From assembly GCA_025361565.1 (NCBI GenBank), contig JANYKN010000125.1, positions 31,171 to 95,170 on the forward strand: a DNA stretch of 64,000 bases, in the 5' to 3' direction. The stretch is from Bacteroidota bacterium (GTDB lineage: Bacteria > Bacteroidota > Bacteroidia > Bacteroidales > NBLH01). This document shows, in pieces, positions 9,641 to 19,658 of this stretch. Position 1 is the first letter of the stretch. The number at the start of each line of letters is the position of its first letter. Made by a program: the position numbers and the translations under genes. The notes beneath the pieces are model-generated. The model did no database searches. It saw nothing but the letters and a program-made list of their open reading frames with translations, and was not told the DNA's origin.

Positions 9641-10666
9641 ATGTTAAAATCTACACAAATTAAAGATATTCTACTTAAGCTACTCCGTTTTTCTATTTTT
9701 TTTGGTATAGGCATATTGTTGTTTTGGTTTGTATATAAAGATCAGCCAATTGACGAAATAATAACAGCTTTAAAGAAAGCCAATTATTTATGGATAATAT
9801 TTCCATTATTTTTGGCAATTTTGAGCCACCTTAGCCGTGCATTACGCTGGAAAATACTTATTGATTCGATGGGATACAAACCCAAATGGACTAATACTTT
9901 TTTAGCCGTAATGGTCATGTACCTTTCAAACACAGTTATTCCAAGGTCAGGAGAAATTACACGTTGCGGAATTATTAAAAAATATGAAAATATTTCATTT
10001 ACCAAATTATTGGGAACAGTTGTAATTGAAAGAGCAATGGATTTTGTCATGCTTTTTATTTTGATCATAATTGTTTTGCTTACACAATTTAATGTATTCA
10101 TCGAATTTGTTAAAAACAATCCCGGAATTGATGAAAAATTTGCTCTATTTAAAAAAATCGACAACCTGATAATTGTTGCAATATTTACATTCTTGTTTTT
10201 TATGGCGATTTTCATTTTTAGACGAAAAATGAAAAATACAATATTTTATTTGAAAATCAAGGAACTGTATATCAAGTTCAAAGAAGGATTAAAAACAATA
10301 AAGACGCTGGAAAAAAAATGGCAATTTATTGCACATTCATTTTTTATCTGGATTATGTATTTTACAATGATATACATAACCTTTTGGAGTTTTGAATTCA
10401 CTGCCAATTTATCACTTTTAAGTGGGCTCACCGTTTTTGTAATGGCTAGTTTGGGAATTATTGCTCCATCTCCCGGAGGTATAGGCACATGGCATTTCAT
10501 GGTAATTGAAACCCTTGTAATTTATGGAATCGCTAAGCATCCCGATGCAAACGCTTTTGCTTTCGCAGTACATGGATCAATGACGCTCTTTTTGGTCATC
10601 GCCGGACTTATTTCACTTTTAGTGCTACCCATATTAAACAAGAAAAATAAAAATATTGAAAGCTGA
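9641..10666 (+). CDS. UPF0104 / LPG-synthase-TM-like ('flippase-like') integral membrane protein
   Basis: 341-aa polytopic ORF with the family-typical RALRWKILI motif after TM2 and a PGGIG motif near the C-terminal TMs. Confidence 0.7.
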   Translation: MLKSTQIKDILLKLLRFSIFFGIGILLFWFVYKDQPIDEIITALKKANYLWIIFPLFLAILSHLSRALRWKILIDSMGYKPKWTNTFLAVMVMYLSNTVIPRSGEITRCGIIKKYENISFTKLLGTVVIERAMDFVMLFILIIIVLLTQFNVFIEFVKNNPGIDEKFALFKKIDNLIIVAIFTFLFFMAIFIFRRKMKNTIFYLKIKELYIKFKEGLKTIKTLEKKWQFIAHSFFIWIMYFTMIYITFWSFEFTANLSLLSGLTVFVMASLGIIAPSPGGIGTWHFMVIETLVIYGIAKHPDANAFAFAVHGSMTLFLVIAGLISLLVLPILNKKNKNIES

Positions 10667-11651
10667 AATTAAGTCTTTCACTTTACAGCCCAAGATACAG
10701 ATAATCACAAAGATTCTTGTAGTTTTAGCAGCATTTACTTTTATATTTTATAGATTATCTGTAAATTTTGAAATCTCTCAAAATTTAATTCTTTTTGCAC
10801 GTTGGAGCAATCAGAAAACTATTCTACTTATCTCTTGTATTCTGATGATGATAATTAATTGGTCAACAGAATCAGTCAAATGGAAGCTTTTACTAAAAAA
10901 AATTGAAAAGATTTCGATATATAAATCCCTTAAATCTGTATTAATTGGTTTAACCTACGCCATATTCACACCATACAGGCTTGGCGAATATGCAGGAAGG
11001 CCAACTCTCATCAAAAAAGAAAATAAATTTTCCGCTATTCTGGCAATGTTTGTTGGAAGTATAAGCCAAAGTATTACTACTATTGGTTTTGGATTAATTG
11101 GCATGTTGATCAACGAAAATTTGAACAAAACTATTTACATTTCCAATATAAATAGATTAACCATAATTACTACTATTATCATTCTTGCATATTTTGCATT
11201 TGTCTATTTTTATTTCAACCCTTCATTAATTATTAGATTTATTGATAAATCAGGGAAACTTTATAGTTGGAAAAATAAAATACATTTTCTTAGTCAATAC
11301 AAAACTCAAGAATTATTAATTGTATTAATTTATAGCCATTTCAGATATTTAGTTTTCTTTTTTCAATACTATATTTTGCTGTATATTTTCGATGTGCATA
11401 TCGGCTTAATTCAAGCATTTAGTGCAATTAGTTTAGGCTATTTATTCCTTTTTTCAATTCCTGGAATTCCTATAGCCGAAATTGGCATAAGAGGATCTCT
11501 TGCACTCTATTTCATTGGCAGCTACACTTCAAATGAAATAGCTATTATATTAGCATCAACAAGTTTATGGATAATAAATCTTGCATTGCCATCTGTAATT
11601 GGTTCTGTGTTTTTAATGATTTTAAAAGACAAGGTAAAAAAATCATTATAA
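10656..11651 (+). CDS. Second UPF0104-like integral membrane protein (divergent paralog of the preceding gene)
   Basis: 331-aa polytopic ORF with ESVKWKLLLKK at the equivalent position. The TTG start overlaps the upstream gene by 11 nt, and the start codon is uncertain. Confidence 0.6.
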   Translation: MKAEIKSFTLQPKIQIITKILVVLAAFTFIFYRLSVNFEISQNLILFARWSNQKTILLISCILMMIINWSTESVKWKLLLKKIEKISIYKSLKSVLIGLTYAIFTPYRLGEYAGRPTLIKKENKFSAILAMFVGSISQSITTIGFGLIGMLINENLNKTIYISNINRLTIITTIIILAYFAFVYFYFNPSLIIRFIDKSGKLYSWKNKIHFLSQYKTQELLIVLIYSHFRYLVFFFQYYILLYIFDVHIGLIQAFSAISLGYLFLFSIPGIPIAEIGIRGSLALYFIGSYTSNEIAIILASTSLWIINLALPSVIGSVFLMILKDKVKKSL

Positions 11652-11864
11652 TATGCTCTGATTCATTCTGCTGAACATTAAATCTTTTAGTCATTATAAT
11701 ATATTACAATGTATTTAATCTTGATTATTATTCATAAATCCATTTTGAAATAATAATTTAGGATATTTTGAAATTTATTTCTAATGGCTTTTTCATACTT
11801 ATTTTTCTTACTTTTGTTATTATTCTTAACAAAATATCATCTTACTTTTACTAAAAACATTAAT

Positions 11865-12542
11865 ATGAGAAATTTATTATTGCTTAGCTTGTTGGCTATA
11901 TTTGTATTTGCATGCAACTCAACAAATAAGTCAACCGAATCTGATCAAAAAGATGGACAAAATACTTCAGGAAAAAAATATGAGATAGAATCAGGAATTA
12001 TAAGTTACAAAATGAATATGATGGGAATGGAAACCAAAATGACCACCTATTTTAAAGATTTCGGGAAAATTGAAGCAAGCATCACAGAAACAGATATGAT
12101 GGGTCAAAATACTAAAATTCAAACTCTTCAAAAAGATAATTATGCTTATACATATACATCAGGTCAGAATATTGGAACAAAAGTTAAAATGAATGATAAA
12201 AATGTTGCTGATGAAACCGGAGGTCAAAAACTGGATGAGGCAGCAATCTTGAAAATGGGAGGCAAAAAAATCGGAGCTGAGAAAATCCTGGGCAAAGATT
12301 GCATTATTTATGAATTAGCTGACAATGGAGCAACTTCAAAGATTTGGATTTGGAAAAGCTTGTTTCTGAAAACTGTTGTGAGCCAAAATGAAATGCAGAT
12401 GACCATGGAAGCTGTTGATATAAAAGAGACCTCCGATTTTCCTGCCGGTGTATTTGAGTTACCTCAAAACGTTAAATTCACCGAACCTCAAAATAATATA
12501 CAGCCCGAAAAAGATTTTGAAGACAAGAATGCCAAAGGTTAA
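11865..12542 (+). CDS. Lipoprotein of unknown function
   Basis: The track ORF starts at 11784. The internal ATG at 11865 gives a clean lipoprotein signal, MRNLLLLSLLAIFVFAC, with a lipobox Cys. The rest is beta-rich, Met/Lys-rich soluble sequence. I do not recognise the family with certainty. Confidence 0.6.
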   Translation: MRNLLLLSLLAIFVFACNSTNKSTESDQKDGQNTSGKKYEIESGIISYKMNMMGMETKMTTYFKDFGKIEASITETDMMGQNTKIQTLQKDNYAYTYTSGQNIGTKVKMNDKNVADETGGQKLDEAAILKMGGKKIGAEKILGKDCIIYELADNGATSKIWIWKSLFLKTVVSQNEMQMTMEAVDIKETSDFPAGVFELPQNVKFTEPQNNIQPEKDFEDKNAKG

Positions 12543-12545
12543 TCA

Positions 12546-13667
12546 ATGATTTACTATTCCATTGCCATTGCAGGCATAACGATAGTGTATCTTTTTATAA
12601 TCTCATTCTTTATCATTGGATGGGAAAAAATACCAGTTTATCAGAAGGGTTCTTCAATCCTTTCTGGTACTTTTTTAAGCCTGATTATAGCCTTGCGCAA
12701 CGAAGAAAAAAATGTTCCAAACCTGATTACTTCATTATTAAATCAATCCTTGGTGAAGTCTTGTTTCGAGATTATTATTGTGGATGATCATTCCTCTGAC
12801 AATACTTACCAACTTTGCACCTCTCTTGTCTTCAACCACTCTAATATTAAGATACTTAAACTCTCAAAAAATGCAGGAAAAAAACAGGCTTTAATTTTTG
12901 GCATTAAAGAGTCTATAGGACAACTAATTGTGACAACTGATGCAGATTGTGTACATCATAAAGATTGGCTAGAAACAATCCTTGAATTTTATCAAAAGTT
13001 TAAGCCTAAAATGATTTTGGCCCCGGTAATCATGCAATCAAACAATATATTTGAAAAAATTCAGGCAATCGATTTCTATTCTCTTATAGTCTCTGGTGCA
13101 GGGTCAAGTGGCCTACACAGACCAATCATGTGCAATGGATCTAATCTTGCCTTTGAAAAAGAAATATTTGAAGAGTTCTCCGATCCTTACAATCAGAATA
13201 TGATATCGGGGGATGATATATTTATGCTACTTAAAATAAAAAAAATATATACGGGGCAAATACAATTTATAAAATCAAAAGAAGCCATAGTAAATACCAA
13301 AGCTGAGCAAACTTTTAAACTGTTCCTAAATCAAAGAAAACGCTGGGCATCAAAAAGCACTGCTTATAGAGACAAAGATATTATAATTACAGCCTTTATT
13401 GTTTTTTTCCTAAATTCTTCCCTAGTGGTAAATTTATTTATTGGTTTTCTCTTCCACAATTTCATGATAATTTTTATTGCCCAACTTTTACTTAAATCAA
13501 TTGTAGACTTTATATTTCTGTCCAGAACAAACCAGTTTATTAAATACAAAAAACTGATGTGGTATTTTATACTAGCTCAGTTCTTTAATCTCTTTTTTAT
13601 TCCCTATGTAGCAATTGCAGGAATTATGAGTTCTGTAAGTTGGAAAGATCGGATTTATTCTAACTAA
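12546..13667 (+). CDS. Family 2 glycosyltransferase with C-terminal TM domain (processive-type QxxRW)
   Basis: 373-aa ORF with an N-terminal TM helix, the motifs VDDHSSDNT, TDADC and QRKRWA, and C-terminal TM helices. Its 3' end overlaps the convergent STAS gene by 8 nt. Confidence 0.85.
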   Translation: MIYYSIAIAGITIVYLFIISFFIIGWEKIPVYQKGSSILSGTFLSLIIALRNEEKNVPNLITSLLNQSLVKSCFEIIIVDDHSSDNTYQLCTSLVFNHSNIKILKLSKNAGKKQALIFGIKESIGQLIVTTDADCVHHKDWLETILEFYQKFKPKMILAPVIMQSNNIFEKIQAIDFYSLIVSGAGSSGLHRPIMCNGSNLAFEKEIFEEFSDPYNQNMISGDDIFMLLKIKKIYTGQIQFIKSKEAIVNTKAEQTFKLFLNQRKRWASKSTAYRDKDIIITAFIVFFLNSSLVVNLFIGFLFHNFMIIFIAQLLLKSIVDFIFLSRTNQFIKYKKLMWYFILAQFFNLFFIPYVAIAGIMSSVSWKDRIYSN

Positions 13668-13995
13668 TCTTCTCGAGTGCCTCTTCTTTATTCAGATTAA
13701 TATTAAATAAATTATCAAATCCTGAATATTGAAATACCTCTTTGATGTTTTTTTGAAGGTTACAAAGTAATATCTGTTTATTTGCAGCTTTTGATTTTTT
13801 TAAACTCATAATAAAAACACGCAATCCAGAGCTATTAATAAAATCAAGGTTATTACAATCAACAACAATATTTGATTCCAGATTTTCAGTAAGTTTAGCA
13901 AAAAAGTCTTCGATTTTAGAATTATTAGGAGCATCAATTCTTCCAATCAGTTCCACAATTTGAATTTGTCCAATATTTGTCTGCTTAATTTCCAT
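13660..13995 (-). CDS. STAS-domain anti-sigma-factor antagonist (RsbV/SpoIIAA-like)
   Basis: 111-aa ORF carrying DFINSSGLRVFI, which includes the conserved phosphorylatable Ser context. Confidence 0.85.
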   Translation of the reverse strand: MEIKQTNIGQIQIVELIGRIDAPNNSKIEDFFAKLTENLESNIVVDCNNLDFINSSGLRVFIMSLKKSKAANKQILLCNLQKNIKEVFQYSGFDNLFNINLNKEEALEKIS

Positions 13996-14410
13996 CGTCG
14001 ATCTTTTTTAAAAGCGTTATTACATTTTTACTATTCATCCTGCGATACGAAAAATTATCTGTAAATTTCTTTACAAGATGGATTCCGAGTCCTCCTATAT
14101 TCCTGTCTTCAAGCGGTTTGGCGAGATCGTCGGGTTCTGGAATTTCTAAGGGATTAAATTCAGGAGCTCCGTCTTTAATCTGAATTCTTAAATTATGCTT
14201 TTCAAGAGAAAATCTGATGGTAATGTCATATTCATCATGTCCATTATAACCATGTTGAATAACATTGGTAACAATTTCTTCAAGAGCCAGGTTCATACTA
14301 AAAGCCACATCTTTGCTGATTGACCACTCCTTACTTATTTTGGCCAATTGCTCATTCATTATACCAACTCCGCTAAGCCTGCTTTTAATGTGTATTATAT
14401 GGTTTCTCAT
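13985..14410 (-). CDS. Anti-sigma regulatory Ser/Thr kinase (RsbW/SpoIIAB-like, HATPase_c)
   Basis: 141-aa ORF with an N-box (LEEIVTNVIQHGY), a G1 box (DGAPEFNP) and a G2 box (GGLGIHLVKKF). It overlaps the STAS gene start by 11 nt. Confidence 0.85.
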   Translation of the reverse strand: MRNHIIHIKSRLSGVGIMNEQLAKISKEWSISKDVAFSMNLALEEIVTNVIQHGYNGHDEYDITIRFSLEKHNLRIQIKDGAPEFNPLEIPEPDDLAKPLEDRNIGGLGIHLVKKFTDNFSYRRMNSKNVITLLKKIDDGN

Positions 14411-14418
14411 ATTATAAG

Positions 14419-16116
14419 CTATTTAAGTTCTTTATATGTAACCGCTAAGATAGTAATATCATCAGATTGTTCAGTATCTAGTGTGAAATTTTTGATTTCA
14501 TGTTGGATTTTTTGGACGAGTTGCAAACTTCCTAATGTATTATTTTCACAGATTATGTCTAATAAACGCTTTTCGGAAAAAGCTTCGTCGTCCTTATTGA
14601 AAGCTTCAGTAATTCCATCTGTATACAATAATATTTTGTCACCTTCAACCAATTGCATCTTTTCGGGTTTAAAAACAAAATCTTCCATAACACCAAGTGC
14701 AATATTTTGATTCATAGAAATAAAGCGAAAGCCTTTATCCTGATTTCCTATAACCGGAGGATTATGCCCAGCATTAACCATCCTTAATTCACCTGTTTTT
14801 ACATTGAGAATAGCACAAAACAAAGTGGCAAACATAGCTGTATCGTTATTTTTAACAAGGGAATTATTTACATTGAAAATGAGTTCATCAATTGAATAAC
14901 CACGTTTGGCCTCGGCATTTATAAGTGTTTTGGTAATTACCATAAAAAGTGCAGAAGGAACACCTTTTCCTGAAACATCAGAAATAACAAAACAAAAATT
15001 GTCATCGTCGATAAAAAAGAAATCAAAAAAGTCGCCAGCAACTTCTTTGGCTGGTTCCATAATAGCAAAAATGTCAAATTCCTTGCGATGAGGAAAAGGT
15101 GGAAATACATGTGGGAGCATTCTCCGTTGAATATCTTTGCCCAGATTTAATTCACTTTGAATACGTTCTTTAGTTGCAGTAGTTTTTTGAAGATTAACAA
15201 TATAAAGATTTAAATCGTCGGTCATTTGATTAAATGCTTTGGCTAAATCACCAATTTCATCAGTTGTTTTTACTGCAATCCTATAACTTAAATCACCTTG
15301 AGCAACCTTTTTAACCCCTTTATGTAAATTATTAAGTGGCTTCATCATAAAAGCTGTTGCCCTATTGATTACAACAACTGTAAGAATGACTAAAACTGTC
15401 ATCATTATAATTAATCTAAGCTGAAGATCATTAATGGCGTCCTGGGTTTTTTGCATAGAAAAGCCAATCCTGAAAGATCCCCAATGGCGGCCTTTCACAA
15501 AAACAGGTGAGGATATTTTCCACATTTCTTCTCCGGTATCTCTATGATAAACATCAAACAAATAAGGGCTTTTAGTATTCTGATTTATTAAAGGATCATA
15601 ATAGATCCGTTTTGATCTGCTTTTTTCATTATCAATTGTGTAGTTTCCTACCAAAGGATCGTTAAAAATATTGTTATGGGTTGGTGTATATCCGTTATTA
15701 TCACAAAGCACAGCAAAGACAACTTGTGGATCTTTAAAAAATTCATCTTGAATAGATCCAATAAGGGAATCAAGATAAACGTCTAGTTCTGTGGTGTAAT
15801 GATACTTTTGGATTTCATTTATTTTAGCAAGTGGAATTTTACGGTATGCGGCCATTATATCTCTATCTAGAGGAATAGGCACTAAGGTGTCGTTAAAAAG
15901 TTGCTGAAGTGTAAATACCTTAGTATCAACTACATTATCGAGGATTTTGCTCATTATTTTTGCACCGGTTTGTGCTGTACCAATTCCCTTTTTAAGTATT
16001 GTCTCTTTCAACTGGTCAGATCTTTCATTTACCAAATATACTGTAAAAAGGGTATTGATTGTTCCCAGAATTACAATGAGGGCAAATGATAACCGAACAG
16101 AAAGCTTTTTAAACAT
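14419..16116 (-). CDS. Membrane sensor PP2C phosphatase (TM-extracytoplasmic domain-TM-HAMP-SpoIIE; RsbU-like)
   Basis: 565-aa ORF with two TM helices flanking a loop of about 200 aa. It has a HAMP domain (VAQGDLSYRIAVKTTDEIGDLAKAFNQM) and SpoIIE/PP2C motifs GDFFDFF, DVSGKGVPSALFM, LLYTDGITEA and DDITILAV. Confidence 0.88.
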   Translation of the reverse strand: MFKKLSVRLSFALIVILGTINTLFTVYLVNERSDQLKETILKKGIGTAQTGAKIMSKILDNVVDTKVFTLQQLFNDTLVPIPLDRDIMAAYRKIPLAKINEIQKYHYTTELDVYLDSLIGSIQDEFFKDPQVVFAVLCDNNGYTPTHNNIFNDPLVGNYTIDNEKSRSKRIYYDPLINQNTKSPYLFDVYHRDTGEEMWKISSPVFVKGRHWGSFRIGFSMQKTQDAINDLQLRLIIMMTVLVILTVVVINRATAFMMKPLNNLHKGVKKVAQGDLSYRIAVKTTDEIGDLAKAFNQMTDDLNLYIVNLQKTTATKERIQSELNLGKDIQRRMLPHVFPPFPHRKEFDIFAIMEPAKEVAGDFFDFFFIDDDNFCFVISDVSGKGVPSALFMVITKTLINAEAKRGYSIDELIFNVNNSLVKNNDTAMFATLFCAILNVKTGELRMVNAGHNPPVIGNQDKGFRFISMNQNIALGVMEDFVFKPEKMQLVEGDKILLYTDGITEAFNKDDEAFSEKRLLDIICENNTLGSLQLVQKIQHEIKNFTLDTEQSDDITILAVTYKELK

Positions 16117-16167
16117 TTAGAGGCAATTTCTTATACATAGCAGGTTTTTGATAAATAATAATGAGCA

Positions 16168-18354
16168 TTAATTTCCCATTTCTGAGATAAATTTCACTCG
16201 CATTAAACGGATGTCAATTTCACTATATTCATTTTCTCCAAGCTCTTTAAGTGCATCTTTTACCGATTCACTTTCTGCCTCTCTGAAATAATCATAAATT
16301 TCGTTTTGATGCTCTTCATCCAAAATTTCATTGATGTAATAATCAAGATTAAGCTTTGTGCCTGAATTTACAATAGCTTCGATTTCAGTTAATAGCTCTT
16401 TCATTTCCAGGCCTTTCCCATCTGCAATATCTTCGAGCGAAATTTTACGATCAATGCTCTGAATGTAATAAACTTTATTTACAGATTTATTAACAACCGA
16501 TTTCACAATCATATCTTGTGGACGATCGATTTCATTTTCAACTACGTAACGCTGAATCAATTCTAAAAATTCTTTTCCATATCTGCTCGCCTTTCCTGTT
16601 CCAACTCCAACAACCTGCTTCAATTCATCCATTATAATTGGGTATTGAATTGACATATCTTCAAGCGAAGGATCCTGGAAAATTACAAAAGGAGGAACTC
16701 CTAATTTTTTTGATATCTTTTTTCTTAGGTCTTTAAGCATTTGAAACAAGACCGGATCTGCTGAATTTGATGCTACTGCAGCGGCAACAATATCATCATT
16801 TTCAATCTCATCATAATCATGATCTTTTGCAAGTTTTACCGAAACCGGATTAATTAAAAATTCCTTTCCTTCCTTGGTCATTTTTAAAAGGCCATAATTT
16901 TCAATATCTTTTTCAATTAAATGCAATACAAGCGCTTGCCTAATAATAGCATTCCAAAATTTAATATCATGTGCTTTTCCAATTCCAAATACATCAAGTT
17001 TATCGTGTTTATATGACTTTACAGCTGCATTTATCTTTCCTGCCAATAGATTAGAAACATGATCCGCTTTAAAGTTTTCTTTTACTTTAGTAATCATCTT
17101 TAAAACAGTAACAATATGATCCATTCCTTCAAATTGTTCTTTAGGATTTAAACAATTGTCGCAATTATTGCAAGTTTCTTTAAGAATTTCGCCAAAATAA
17201 TTAAGCAGCATTTTTGGCCTGCAAACGGATGATTCGGCATAAGCAACAGTTTCAAGTAAAAGCTGTTTACCAATTTCCTGTTCTGCTACAGGTTTGCCTT
17301 GCATAAACTTTTCCAATTTTTGGATATCTTTATAACTATAAAAGGCTATGCATTTTCCCTCTCCGCCATCGCGGCCTGCTCTACCAGTTTCCTGATAATA
17401 ACCTTCAAGGCTTTTTGGTATATCATAATGAATTACAAATCTCACATCAGGTTTATCTATCCCCATACCAAAAGCAATGGTTGCAACAATAACGTCAACC
17501 TCCTCCATCAAAAATTTATCCTGATTGCCTGAACGAGTAGCAGAATCCATTCCGGCATGATAAGGAAGAGCTTTAATATCATTGATTAGTAATGTTTCAG
17601 CTAATTCTTCAACTTTTTTTCTACTCAAGCAGTAAATAATTCCTGACTTTCCAACATTTTCTTTAATAAACCTGATAATTTGCTTTTCAGGGTTTACTTT
17701 TAATCTAACTTCATAATATAAATTAGCTCTGAAAAAGGATGATTTAAATACTTTTGCATCAATCATCCCTAAATTTTTCTGAATATCGTGTTGTACTTTC
17801 GGTGTAGCGGTTGCTGTTAATGCGATTAATGGTGATGTGCCAATTTCCTCAATAATTGGTCTTATTTTCCTATATTCAGGCCTGAAATCATGTCCCCACT
17901 CTGAAATACAATGAGCTTCGTCAACTGCGTAAAATGAAATTTTAATCAATCGCAGAAATTCAATGTTCTCAGCTTTTGTTAAAGATTCTGGAGCTACATA
18001 CAGAAGCTTTGTTTTGCCAGAAAGAATATCTTCTTTAACCTGAACAATTTGATTTTTGGTTAATGAAGAGTTTAAAAAATGGGCTATTCCATCCAAATCA
18101 CTAAATGTACGCATAGCGTCCACCTGATTTTTCATCAATGCAATAAGCGGAGATATTATAATTGCAGTTCCTTCCATTATAAGTGCTGGAAGCTGGTAAA
18201 TAAGTGATTTTCCTCCTCCGGTTGGCATTAAAACAAATGAATCATTGCCATTTAAAACATTTCTAATAGCTGCCTGCTGCTGACCTTTAAACGTATCAAA
18301 GCCAAAATACTTCTTTAAATACTTTTGCAAATCAATTTCTACCTCTTTCACCAT
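16168..18354 (-). CDS. recQ: ATP-dependent DNA helicase RecQ
   Basis: 728-aa ORF with Walker A (MPTGGGKSL), a DEAH box (AVDEAHCISEWGHDFRPEY), a Zn-binding motif (CNNCDNC) and C-terminal RQC/HRDC-length sequence. Confidence 0.95.
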   Translation of the reverse strand: MVKEVEIDLQKYLKKYFGFDTFKGQQQAAIRNVLNGNDSFVLMPTGGGKSLIYQLPALIMEGTAIIISPLIALMKNQVDAMRTFSDLDGIAHFLNSSLTKNQIVQVKEDILSGKTKLLYVAPESLTKAENIEFLRLIKISFYAVDEAHCISEWGHDFRPEYRKIRPIIEEIGTSPLIALTATATPKVQHDIQKNLGMIDAKVFKSSFFRANLYYEVRLKVNPEKQIIRFIKENVGKSGIIYCLSRKKVEELAETLLINDIKALPYHAGMDSATRSGNQDKFLMEEVDVIVATIAFGMGIDKPDVRFVIHYDIPKSLEGYYQETGRAGRDGGEGKCIAFYSYKDIQKLEKFMQGKPVAEQEIGKQLLLETVAYAESSVCRPKMLLNYFGEILKETCNNCDNCLNPKEQFEGMDHIVTVLKMITKVKENFKADHVSNLLAGKINAAVKSYKHDKLDVFGIGKAHDIKFWNAIIRQALVLHLIEKDIENYGLLKMTKEGKEFLINPVSVKLAKDHDYDEIENDDIVAAAVASNSADPVLFQMLKDLRKKISKKLGVPPFVIFQDPSLEDMSIQYPIIMDELKQVVGVGTGKASRYGKEFLELIQRYVVENEIDRPQDMIVKSVVNKSVNKVYYIQSIDRKISLEDIADGKGLEMKELLTEIEAIVNSGTKLNLDYYINEILDEEHQNEIYDYFREAESESVKDALKELGENEYSEIDIRLMRVKFISEMGN

Positions 18355-18411
18355 TTCTATCTATAAAATACAATTTACTACCTGATTTTCTTCCAATTTT
18401 TTAAGGGGATA

Positions 18412-18419
18412 CAAAATTA
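18412..18419 (-). promoter_or_regulatory. Candidate -7 box for recQ (TAATTTTG on the minus strand)
   Basis: Plus-strand CAAAATTA lies 58-65 nt upstream of the recQ ATG. It is a motif match only. Confidence 0.25.
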
Positions 18420-18829
18420 ATAAAATACCCGACTTAATCCTATCGATCAAATCTTCTTTAAACCTTTTAATTTTTTTTAACAAATGAATACTTAAGAGGA
18501 TTATTCAACTTCAAATATTCGCATTTCTTTAGTGCAAGTATTTCCAAGTGCCATTGATAAACTAATAAACAAACCAAATTATTCTAGTGATTTGAAATTA
18601 TATAATCTATATTTGTAGCCTTAAAAATTATTAATAAAGTTAAATAAAATTTCTGGATGAAGCAAGAAGTAATTAATCTGTACCATATATAAATTCTATC
18701 CTAAATTCAATTTTGAAAAATACATGATGGGATATTCAAATACGAATAATTTTTTTATATAATATACTACAGAATGCATACTTTTATTTGCAAAAATCCA
18801 AAATAATATAAATCGAAATCGCTTATATA

Positions 18830-19651
18830 ATGGCACAGGAAACCGAAAACAAACAAGTTGAAATGGGATTTTTAGATCATCTCGAAGTGTTAAGATGGCA
18901 TTTAATAAAGTCTTTTTTAGCAATTGTTGTATTTGCAATTGTTGCTTTTATTTTTCAGGACTTTATTTTCAATAACATCATTCTTGCTCCAAAATCTCCC
19001 AATTTTTTTACCAATTCACTATTTTGTAGATTTGGACATTATATAAATGCCCCATCACTTTGTATAAATACCAAGCCTTTTCAAATCATTAATATCAAAA
19101 TGGCCGGACAGTTTTCAACCTCGATAATGGTGGCGTTGGTTGTGGGATTCGTGACTGCATTTCCTTTTGTATTTTGGCAATTATGGAGTTTTATTAAACC
19201 TGCTCTATACACTAATGAAAAACGACATGCAAGAGGAGCAGTTTTCTTCAGTTCTGTTTTGTTTATGACAGGCGTTTTATTTGGATATTATCTAATTATT
19301 CCCTTAACTCTCCAGTTTTTTGGTAGTTATAATGTAAGCGAACAAGTTTTAAATCAAATAAATCTCGATTCTTATATCTCAACATTTACTTCTGTAATAC
19401 TTGCTGCAGGAATCATTTTTGAACTACCCATTATTATTTACTTTTTAAGTAAAGCTGGATTAATTACTCCCGAATTTCTTAAAAAATATCGCAAACACTC
19501 ATTGATAGTGATATTAATGGTTGCTGCAGTTATTACACCTCCAGATGTTTTCAGTCAAATACTAGTTTCGTTGCCGCTTATAGCGCTTTATGAAGTTGGA
19601 ATTGTAATTTCAAAACGGGTTGTGGCTAAAGACAAAAGTCTTTTAGTATAA
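18830..19651 (+). CDS. tatC: Twin-arginine translocase subunit TatC
   Basis: 273-aa ORF with 6 TM helices and the motifs FLDHLEVLRWHLIKS, PALYTNEKR and ITPPDVFSQ. Confidence 0.92.
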   Translation: MAQETENKQVEMGFLDHLEVLRWHLIKSFLAIVVFAIVAFIFQDFIFNNIILAPKSPNFFTNSLFCRFGHYINAPSLCINTKPFQIINIKMAGQFSTSIMVALVVGFVTAFPFVFWQLWSFIKPALYTNEKRHARGAVFFSSVLFMTGVLFGYYLIIPLTLQFFGSYNVSEQVLNQINLDSYISTFTSVILAAGIIFELPIIIYFLSKAGLITPEFLKKYRKHSLIVILMVAAVITPPDVFSQILVSLPLIALYEVGIVISKRVVAKDKSLLV

Positions 19652-19658
19652 TAATCTT

